Source: an uncultured Thiomicrospira sp. (lineage in GTDB: Bacteria; Pseudomonadota; Gammaproteobacteria; CAKMZV01). From it: DNA of 64,000 nt. The translations under genes and the position numbers were made by a program. The DNA is taken from contig OZ239628.1 of assembly GCA_965195345.1 (NCBI GenBank), forward strand, positions 1,184,001 to 1,248,000. The letters run 5' to 3'. Positions 52,928 through 60,435 of this stretch are shown here, one piece after another. Positions within the stretch are counted from its first letter, which is position 1. Each line of letters begins with the position of its first letter. A model generated the notes under the pieces. That model was not told where the DNA came from and searched no databases. It worked only from the letters and a program-made list of their open reading frames with translations.

Positions 52928-53609
52928 ATAACACAAATATGCAGCACAAGCGTTAGAAGTACTTTTGTTGGTTTGACCTCCGTTAATACCCACCGCATTG
53001 CCATTTCCCACTCGAGCACCGACGACTAATGTGTTGCCATCACTACTAATACATACAGCACCAGCAAACTGATCGCCCAAATCTGTGTTGGATGTCTTGA
53101 AATAACCAATCAATCCATTTAGCTGAGTGTTACTCAGTGTTCGTTGGGGTGCAGCATCAGAGCAGAGTGAATTATCGTGCTAGTGCAAAGTTGTAACAAA
53201 TACTATCGTCCATTAACGGTAGAAAGGTAATTCACTACATTTAGCGCTGTAGCTGTGGTTGTATTGTGATGTTTGTGCTATTGGTGTAAATGTTAAACCG
53301 GCTGTACTGGCATCAACAAAGCCTCCTCCAGCGTTCAAATCCAAGTTGGAGGCGGTAATGATCTGCTTGAGGCACTGCATTCCAAGAAAATGATATCTGT
53401 TTAAGACCTAATGTTATATTGAGAAGATTTGAAACTCTGACTGTAGCCGTTGCAGAAGCGCTTAGCCCCCTCCCTCATCAGTGACTATAACCACTTAAAG
53501 TAGTACTAGCTGTCGCAAACAAGATGACCTTGCCTTGTATGCTTATTTGTAATATCGAAGTGCTTTGCTGTACTGATGGTGAGTGTCTTATTCCGTTGGC
53601 GTTAGCAAT
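52928..53609 (-). pseudogene. Third, internally deleted and frameshifted copy of the adhesin gene
   Basis: Matches the linker and first blade of copies 1/2; blades collapsed to one, Ig repeats reduced to a ~30-nt stub, several 1-nt indels, stop TAG changed to TAT. Confidence 0.92.
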
Positions 53610-53610
53610 T

Positions 53611-53707
53611 TTGATTTATCATCACTAATTGAGACTATTGGTTTTGGTGAATTTCAACACCCTGCAACAAAGAAAATTAACATTGGTTTTTTTGTAATGT
53701 ACTTCAA
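53611..53707 (-). pseudogene. Truncated lipoprotein gene stub (probable dead cassette)
   Basis: GGAGG RBS, TTG, MKYITKKPMLIFFVAGC* then NSPKPIVSISDDKS; lipobox followed by premature TGA. Confidence 0.55.
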
Positions 53708-53730
53708 TATATCCTCCATTTACGAGTAAG

Positions 53731-53799
53731 CCTTAATCCCTTGTTCACGGAAAACGCGAGTGGTAGCAAGTGGTTTTTCTGATGCGCAACTTGTCATAC
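53731..53799 (-). other. Degenerate attC-like site
   Basis: Minus strand GTATGAC AAG TTGCGCATCAGAAAA...TTTTCCGTGAACAA GGG ATTAAGG; overlaps stop codon; imperfect inverted repeat; both core sites one base off consensus. Confidence 0.65.
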
Positions 53800-54408
53800 A
53801 TTACCGACACACAACAATGCAGAGGGTTCAAGTTCTGGTGGAAGTTTTAAAATATTTTTAACATCTTCATTATCAAATCCTCCAACCAATACCATGCCTA
53901 TATTTAAAGCTGTTCCTTGCAGTTGTATATTTTGGGCTACAGCACCTACCTCAATATAAGTGTATCTTTCACCGCGCTTATTTAAAGGAGGCTGCTCAGA
54001 AAAATGTTGATTCATCGATTGTATGTTGCCAGCAAGAATAATTACTGCTGCCGCATTAGAAACCCAAGGTTGCTCACCTATAGCTGATATTTCAAGAGAC
54101 TTAGAAAAATCCCCCTCTTCTATTTTCTCTATAGAATGCTCTGCACTTTTGTATAGATATAAACCCGCATCAATACCAGTGACTTTTCTCACAGCAACAT
54201 ACGTAGACAATGGGTATTGTTCTTGAGCAGATGGAGCAAGCAATTTACCGCCATTGCCTCTCATGCCTTGTGCAGAAAACAATAATTTAGAAAGTTTAGT
54301 TAGAGAAAGCTCATTATCCAAGTATTCCCTTTTAGTTGCCCTTTGACTTAATGCCGACTCTAGAGTGAAAGAATTTACAGGGTTTCCTTGAGGTAACTTA
54401 ATGACCAT
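53794..54408 (-). CDS. SagB/ThcOx-like nitroreductase family oxidoreductase
   Basis: LESALSQR, APSA..YPL, EVGAVAQNIQL, VGGFD; start set at ATG 54408 because the upstream extension runs through an attC-like site. Confidence 0.88.
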   Translation of the reverse strand: MVIKLPQGNPVNSFTLESALSQRATKREYLDNELSLTKLSKLLFSAQGMRGNGGKLLAPSAQEQYPLSTYVAVRKVTGIDAGLYLYKSAEHSIEKIEEGDFSKSLEISAIGEQPWVSNAAAVIILAGNIQSMNQHFSEQPPLNKRGERYTYIEVGAVAQNIQLQGTALNIGMVLVGGFDNEDVKNILKLPPELEPSALLCVGNV

Positions 54409-54423
54409 AGCTTTTCTGTTTTT

Positions 54424-54488
54424 GTATAACGCCTCAATCAGTTGCATTACAAGCGTAATGCCTGCATTTTGTGTGTATTTGCTTAGGT
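54424..54488 (-). other. attC-like site
   Basis: Minus strand ACCTAAGC AAAT...GCATTAC-GCTT-GTAATGC...TGATTGAGGC GTTATAC; GTT core intact, inverse core damaged. Confidence 0.7.
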
Positions 54489-54965
54489 TTTAGCAAAATC
54501 TATTAAAGACTGCCCTTGCAAACGATAACCAATCCATTCATTTTGAGATTTTGCGCCGATTGACTCATAGAACTTTATGGCTGGTTCATTCCAATCTAAG
54601 ACACTCCACTCGAACCTTCCACAATTATACTCTATGGCCATAATAGCTAAGTATTTGAGAATCTTTTTCCCTGCCCCATAGCCACGGAATCTAGGACTAA
54701 TATATAAATCTTCAAGATATAACCCGTTCTTTCCAAACCATGTTGAAAAATTCAGAAAATACACGGCGAATCCAATTGGTTTGTTGTCTAAAAGACAAAT
54801 TACGGCTTCCGTGGTCGTGTTTTTATCAAACAAATTCTTTTCTATATCTTCAACTGTAGCTGTCACTTTATCTTGAGCTTTCTCGTATGCTGCGAGCTCG
54901 TTTACAAAATTCAGGATAAGATTGGAATCATTGATATTGGCTTTTCTAATTTCTACTTCTAACAC
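54483..54965 (-). CDS. GNAT family N-acetyltransferase (spermidine/diamine acetyltransferase-like)
   Basis: ELAAYEK, LYLEDLYI, RGYGAGK, EWSVLDWNEPAIKFY. Confidence 0.92.
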   Translation of the reverse strand: MLEVEIRKANINDSNLILNFVNELAAYEKAQDKVTATVEDIEKNLFDKNTTTEAVICLLDNKPIGFAVYFLNFSTWFGKNGLYLEDLYISPRFRGYGAGKKILKYLAIMAIEYNCGRFEWSVLDWNEPAIKFYESIGAKSQNEWIGYRLQGQSLIDFAKT

Positions 54966-54991
54966 TTACGTCTCCGATGTTTTGCATGAGT

Positions 54992-55104
54992 ATATAAAGC
55001 CAAGTTAAGTGATGAAGACGCCGAGGGAAAAATGTGATTAACATTTTGACCGCAGGTGCTTCGTCCAAGCACATGCAATGTGCGACTTCAACTTCATGTT
55101 GTAT
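54992..55104 (-). other. Long attC-like site
   Basis: Minus strand ATACAAC ATG AAGTTGAAGT...ACTTAACTT GGC TTTATAT; L boxes pair with the characteristic extra G; core GTT mutated to TTT. Confidence 0.7.
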
Positions 55105-55739
55105 GCCTGCTTGAATAACGTTGGATTCAGCTTTGCGTGTGCCTTTGTATTAGGAGAAATAGCTACCAGATAGGAAACTCGCATCTCCAATTTCTGATAC
55201 CAGATGGTATTTGGATGCATTGGCCGAGGATATTTTAAATGGGACACTATCCATAATGCACGCTTGAAGTTTGTGGGTTGATATCTGAAGCTAAAGACTC
55301 CTTTGAATCCAGCGCCGTAATGAGCTGAATCAAGATAAGCGGCAGCAACTTGTTCTTTGTCTCGAAAAAAGCAAAGGTTTATCGCGGTCATTTGTTCCTG
55401 TATCTTCCTGCGAAAAGTACGTTCTCGTTTGCCGGTTACTGTCCTCACGAACTGTTGCTCGATTGTACTAGCACCTTGAATCTGACGTTTCGATGCGAAG
55501 ATGAAAAGCGCACGAAGGATACCAATTGGGTCTACTCCAAAATGAATACTGTTTCGATGGTCTTCAGCAAGTACAAGAGCTCGGATCAATTCACGCGAGG
55601 GCGTAAAAGTAAGTTGATCTACTCGCATTAAGCATTTTTTCAAGTCGAGTTGGACTCTGCGACTAAAATGAAAAGAGAACCAAGCGAGTACAAGGAGAGG
55701 ACACGACAGTAGAAAAATTAGAATTCGTTGCGCTGCCAT
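55038..55739 (-). CDS. Stand-alone peptidoglycan transglycosylase (GT51) domain protein
   Basis: AEDHRNSIHFGVD, QGASTIEQQ, RRKIQE motifs; N-terminal TM; C-terminus reads into the attC-like site. Confidence 0.85.
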   Translation of the reverse strand: MAAQRILIFLLSCPLLVLAWFSFHFSRRVQLDLKKCLMRVDQLTFTPSRELIRALVLAEDHRNSIHFGVDPIGILRALFIFASKRQIQGASTIEQQFVRTVTGKRERTFRRKIQEQMTAINLCFFRDKEQVAAAYLDSAHYGAGFKGVFSFRYQPTNFKRALWIVSHLKYPRPMHPNTIWYQKLEMRVSYLVAISPNTKAHAKLNPTLFKQAYNMKLKSHIACAWTKHLRSKC

Positions 55740-56215
55740 TTAACATGTCCTTTTTGCCCCCCTACCATAGAGGAAAATTCACCTATCAATTGCACGGACT
55801 TGACTACAGTCAGTTCAAAGTAGCTCGTCGACTCTCTTCCATGACCATACTCTACGATATGCATAAATATTCGATCTTTTCCAAGGTAATTCTTTTCCAT
55901 ATACCCTTCAATCTTTCCTCGAGTTCGATTCTTACCAACGTATTCTCTCTCTCCCGTTGAAGAATCTTCGTAGATCTTTTCAATTGTACCTCTAATTTTG
56001 CTCCCCTCTCGCCACAAAATTACGATGTATCTAAGAATCATCCCTTCAAAGGGTTTATGCTTAGATTCTGTCGTAGTGATTTGGTAGTACCACTGTCCAG
56101 TTATCTCAGGGAGTGGGAAAAATTTTTCTCGAGACAAGAAGAACAGAAGCGCTAATATAGCGCCTCCTGCAATTGTGTTCAATATGTCAGATATGAATGA
56201 GCAGAAAAACATCAT
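55718..56215 (-). CDS. Hypothetical protein: N-terminal TM plus beta-strand-rich domain (resembles SMODS-associated/Cap15-like beta-barrel)
   Basis: Hydrophobic IAGGAILALLFFL then PEITGQW and alternating beta strands; 22-nt overlap with transglycosylase gene; family is inference. Confidence 0.55.
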   Translation of the reverse strand: MMFFCSFISDILNTIAGGAILALLFFLSREKFFPLPEITGQWYYQITTTESKHKPFEGMILRYIVILWREGSKIRGTIEKIYEDSSTGEREYVGKNRTRGKIEGYMEKNYLGKDRIFMHIVEYGHGRESTSYFELTVVKSVQLIGEFSSMVGGQKGHVKWQRNEF

Positions 56216-56236
56216 ATCGTACCTGTTCTTGTAAAG

Positions 56237-56303
56237 ACATATACAATTGTGTATTGAAGTAACTTTGGAGCGAAATGGAATAAGCTTGATCTATTTGTCA
56301 TGC
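56237..56303 (-). other. Heavily degenerate attC-like site
   Basis: Stop codon sits in GCATGAC AAAT (cf. GCATAAC AA); right end poorly conserved. Confidence 0.35.
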
Positions 56304-56720
56304 GATTTCTTCACGATTAATAGTTAATTCAGCTTTGTAAATGCCACGTTTTTTCCAATCTCTTAAAAAACCTGATCGTAAATTCACCTCTAAATTTGAG
56401 GATGAGTTAAATTTAAGAGCAGTCCATTTTTTAAGGTCATGCGTACCATTTGAATAGTATATTTTGATATATGCTTTTTTATTAGCGATAAGTGCTTGCT
56501 TAAAACCATATTTCGTACTATTTATATAACAAATTTCTAAATTAGTTGAAGGCTTAATAGTTGAAACGCTATTTTTAGCAATACTACTTATTGCCACAGG
56601 ATTTGATGATTCGTATGCATTTAAAATGGTTTCTATTACATTTGACAGTGTATCAAAGCCTGATGCATGCACTTTAAGCCTCCTGTATAAATCATCTGTA
56701 ATACTAATTGATTGACTCAT
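56298..56720 (-). CDS. Hypothetical protein with N-terminal ribbon-helix-helix-like segment
   Basis: AAGGA RBS; SISITDDLYRRLK..DTLSNVIETIL pattern. Confidence 0.6.
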   Translation of the reverse strand: MSQSISITDDLYRRLKVHASGFDTLSNVIETILNAYESSNPVAISSIAKNSVSTIKPSTNLEICYINSTKYGFKQALIANKKAYIKIYYSNGTHDLKKWTALKFNSSSNLEVNLRSGFLRDWKKRGIYKAELTINREEIA

Positions 56721-57112
56721 AATATCCTTATTTAATTGGAATTTTGAAACATTGTAGCATAGTTGCTAAACTAATAAAAATGCCACTTTTGCACAACAAT
56801 TATTCATGTGCTTATTTGTATAATAAGTATGTTATTTAAGATAAAGCCATCTTTATTCTCACAAAGCTATAGTCAGTATCTTTGTAGTTAACGGGTTGCG
56901 AGTTGTTAGTGAAGTTTTAATTTAATCTAAAGGTTTTCAGCTGCGACCGTTTAAACATCATTAGAGAAGAATCTTCAGTAAACGTAGGAGCTTCGGGCAT
57001 GTCAAGTTGCTGCAAGCGATGGCTCTGCCATCCCCTGCAATAATTTGAGATTTTCAAAGGGCATCATGGTGTATCTACTGCACCATGATAACCTTTGATT
57101 GTTTGTCACATC

Positions 57113-57194
57113 ACATTACCCAATGCATCTGGCTTTGCATTGGAAAAGAGTCCCTTTAGCGCAATGCTTTAGGACTTAATTGGATTTGTTAGGG
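57113..57194 (-). other. Degenerate attC-like site at nhaA 3' end
   Basis: Minus strand CCCTAAC AAAT CCAATTAAGTCC...ATTGG GTAATGT; inverse core intact, core GTT changed to GTA; internal hairpins. Confidence 0.45.
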
Positions 57195-58366
57195 CTCAAG
57201 TTGTAACGTAGTACAAAAAATCCAAACAGACCTGATAAAACCGAGCCGATAATGATACCCAGTCTTTCATCGAATAAGAGGTTAACACCAGTCTCTTCAA
57301 AAGCCAATGATCCAATGAAAAGGCTCATAGTAAACCCTATTCCACAAAGCGCAGAAGTGCCGTATAAACTTACCCAATTCATCCCTGCAGGCAACTGTGT
57401 TATTTTCAGTTTTATGACAAGCCAACACAGTCCAAAAATACCAATCTGTTTGCCAAAAAACAGACCAAGGGCAATTCCGATTGGTACTCCATGAAAAACT
57501 TGATCCAGGCTTACTTGTGTTAAATTCATACCCGCATTTGCAAAAGCAAAAACGGGAAGAACAAAGAATGCAACAACCTTATGCAAATCATGCTCTAGGC
57601 TTTTAAGGGGAGAGTAGTCAGGGTTATCATTTGAGCGCAAGGGGATGAACATAGCCAACACCACACCTGCCAATGTTGCATGCACACCTGATTTCACCAT
57701 TGCTGCCCACATAATGATGCCAATAAGAATATAGGGGCTTTTAGAGATGACGTTTTTTTTGTTCATGTACCAAAGAATTGGTATGCAAAGTACCACCACA
57801 ACGAGCGCAGTCAGTGATATTTTTGATGCGTAGAAAAATGAAATGATAAGGATTGCTCCGATGTCATCGAATATAGCTAAAGAAGTCAGAAATATTTTAA
57901 GCTGAATTGGAACACGAGAACCAAGAAGCGTTAAAACGGCTAAGGCGAAAGCCACATCAGTAGTGGCAGGTATTGCCCAGCCTTTCGCAGCAACGACATC
58001 ATTGCTATTAAAATATAGATATACCAGCGCAGGAACTACCATCCCACCAATCGCACCAACCCCAGGCAATATGATGTTCCTCTTGTCTGAAAGCTCGCCT
58101 TCTACTAATTCACGCTTTAATTCAAGACCAACTAAGAAAAAGAACACCGCCATCAATCCGTCATTAATCCAAAGCAGTAACGGCTTTGATATTTCCAAAG
58201 GTCCAATATGTACTGCTACTGGTGTTGAGATTAACAACTGGTAGTAGGGTTCAAGGAAGGAGTTTGTCAGTATTATTGCCAGCAGCGACGTTAAGAAGAG
58301 CAGAATGCCGCCAGAAGATTCTAATTTCAAAAAAGAAGTAATGAATGAGTCCTGCTGATTTTGCAT
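57176..58366 (-). CDS. nhaA: Na+/H+ antiporter NhaA
   Basis: WINDGLMAVFF, GWAIPATTDVAFA, LAIFDDIG, KSGVHATLAG, GIGFTMSLFI. Confidence 0.96.
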   Translation of the reverse strand: MQNQQDSFITSFLKLESSGGILLFLTSLLAIILTNSFLEPYYQLLISTPVAVHIGPLEISKPLLLWINDGLMAVFFFLVGLELKRELVEGELSDKRNIILPGVGAIGGMVVPALVYLYFNSNDVVAAKGWAIPATTDVAFALAVLTLLGSRVPIQLKIFLTSLAIFDDIGAILIISFFYASKISLTALVVVVLCIPILWYMNKKNVISKSPYILIGIIMWAAMVKSGVHATLAGVVLAMFIPLRSNDNPDYSPLKSLEHDLHKVVAFFVLPVFAFANAGMNLTQVSLDQVFHGVPIGIALGLFFGKQIGIFGLCWLVIKLKITQLPAGMNWVSLYGTSALCGIGFTMSLFIGSLAFEETGVNLLFDERLGIIIGSVLSGLFGFFVLRYNLSPNKSN

Positions 58367-58984
58367 AATTTTCCTAATATTCTAATAAGTGCGTGTTAAG
58401 CGACATTTGGTGGATGAAGTGAGCATTTCAACGAAAAAAGTAGGTGAATCTTACATTTCTCACTTGAGAAAACTGATGGAGTGCAATTTGTGTTTTTCAA
58501 TTGATTTTTTATGACTTAGTTATTCTTTGTTGCTTAACCTTGCAAAGCACGAATTCATTGAATGATTTTTTGATGGTTATAGCAATATCTAATTTTAACG
58601 CATCTAGCATATTATTTAAGAGATTGAAGATTTATTAATTCTTGTTTTACGATTCCAAGCGTAACGCTATAATGTTATGACAATCATTTATGCCCCATGA
58701 ACTGCTTTTTCGTTCGTTTTCATGTTTTTTGAATTTCTATTGCAAATAAACTAAAAGAGAAACGCAGTTAAAGAACCGCATTGCAAAATGCAAGCAAATA
58801 AAATAAAACAAGTATGTCAAAAAAATATGTTCTTCCATTTTTGCTGGGTTATTCGCCAATTATTTATCGATAAATCAAATGTAACCAGAGCCTCTATACT
58901 ATAATTGCTTACGAAAACTGCAAGTTTTAGCTTGCCTATTCAATTCACGTATTTAAATCTAACATTCAAATCAAAGAAAAGCTA

Positions 58985-60253
58985 ATGAGAAAAGAAAGCA
59001 TTTGTATTCATGAAGGGTACGATAAGGATTCGAACAATTCATGCGCAGTCCCTATTCACCAAACGGTCGCCTATGAGTTCGATAACGCGCAACATGGCGC
59101 TGATTTATTTGATCTTGCTGTACCTGGCAATATTTATTCACGGATTATGAATCCCACGTGGGATGTTTTAGAAAAACGTGTTTCAGCCCTTGAAGGGGGA
59201 CTTGCATCATTGGTAACTTCTGCCGGAAGTGCAGCAATCAATTATTCGATTTTAAATTTAGCTGAAGTGGGAGACAACATTATTAGCACACCGCAGCTAT
59301 ATGGTGGAACTCATACACTCTTCGCACATATGTTGCCAAAACAAGGTATTGAAGTGCGTTTTCCTGATTCAGATAAAGCAGAAGATTTTTCAAAATTGAT
59401 TGATGAAAAAACAAAAGCTATATTCTGTGAATCAATAGGCAACCCTGCTGGAAATATTGCTGATATTGAAACGTTAGCGCAAATAGCGAATGAAAATAAT
59501 CTGCCTTTGATTGTTGATAACACAGTAGCAACACCGGCATTGTTTAATCCAATAGCGCATGGTGCTCATATAGTTGTTCACTCTTTGACTAAGTACATGG
59601 GAGGACATGGCACAACTTTAGGTGGCATTATTGTCGATTCGGGTAAATTCGATTGGAAAGCAAACAGTGATCGGTTCCCACAATTCAGCACACCTGAGCC
59701 GGCCTACCATGACGTAGTCTATACTGACCATTTTGGTGAAGCTGCTTACATCGCACGTGCACGAACGGTGGCTTTAAGAAATACGGGGGCAGCACTTTCT
59801 CCTATAAGTGCTTTCTTATTACTACAAGGTATTGAAACCCTTCCTCTGCGTATGGAGCGCCATTGTCAAAATGCTATCGATGTGTGTGATTATTTGAAAG
59901 CGCATCCGAAAGTTGATTGGGTGCATTATGCTGGCTTACCTGACAGCCCTTACTATTCTTTAGCGAAAAAGTATTTTGATGGGAAACCTGCTTCTTTGTT
60001 GACATTCGGTGTCAAAGGTGGATATGAACCAGCTACAAAATTCTATGATGCTTTGAAAATGATTAAAAGATTAGTTAACATCGGTGATGCTAAGTCTTTA
60101 GCATGTCACCCTGCTTCAACTACGCATAGGCAGTTAACAGAACCTGAGCTTAAAAGAGCGGGAGTAACGCCTGAAATGTTGCGTCTATGCATTGGCATTG
60201 AGCATATAGAGGACATTAAAGACGATCTTGAGCAGGCATTGTCTTTGATATAG
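58985..60253 (+). CDS. metY: O-acetylhomoserine aminocarboxypropyltransferase (sulfhydrylase)
   Basis: YSRIMNPT, HSLTKYMGGHG, NIGDAKSL..HPASTTH. Confidence 0.92.
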   Translation: MRKESICIHEGYDKDSNNSCAVPIHQTVAYEFDNAQHGADLFDLAVPGNIYSRIMNPTWDVLEKRVSALEGGLASLVTSAGSAAINYSILNLAEVGDNIISTPQLYGGTHTLFAHMLPKQGIEVRFPDSDKAEDFSKLIDEKTKAIFCESIGNPAGNIADIETLAQIANENNLPLIVDNTVATPALFNPIAHGAHIVVHSLTKYMGGHGTTLGGIIVDSGKFDWKANSDRFPQFSTPEPAYHDVVYTDHFGEAAYIARARTVALRNTGAALSPISAFLLLQGIETLPLRMERHCQNAIDVCDYLKAHPKVDWVHYAGLPDSPYYSLAKKYFDGKPASLLTFGVKGGYEPATKFYDALKMIKRLVNIGDAKSLACHPASTTHRQLTEPELKRAGVTPEMLRLCIGIEHIEDIKDDLEQALSLI

Positions 60254-60290
60254 TTGTGGTGCAACAAAAGAAACTTCTACAGAGATTGAC

Positions 60291-60321
60291 GAGGTTATGC
60301 ATTTCTAATGTGCATGACCTC
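60291..60321. terminator. Hairpin between convergent metY and aldehyde dehydrogenase genes
   Basis: GAGGTTATGCA...TGCATGACCTC stem; no clear U tract. Confidence 0.45.
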
Positions 60322-60435
60322 ATTGATGAGGCTTTCGGATACGTTTAAAAGTTGTTGCAATATGATTGTGATGTTACCTATCAAACGCTTTTTTTCTGTG
60401 TTTTCTATAAACTATCCTATCTGTGAAAACAAGAA

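Larger units (their letters stand above)
34392..58450. mobile_element. Composite genomic island downstream of tRNA-Ser (defence operon, adhesin triplication, decayed cassette array); no integrase seen
   Basis: Abrupt switch from core to accessory genes at the tRNA 3' end; pseudogenes; right boundary approximate. Confidence 0.65.

Noticed and set aside
45300-53609. Diversity-generating retroelement acting on the propeller blades
   Set aside because: No reverse transcriptase or clean template repeat in the window, and differences between blades are not confined to adenines
54409-54447. N-terminal extension of the SagB ORF in the ORF track
   Set aside because: Runs through the attC-like site; ATG 54408 is the more plausible start
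58700-58984. SAM riboswitch before metY
   Set aside because: No SAM-I/II/V consensus recognisable by eye; a cmscan would settle it
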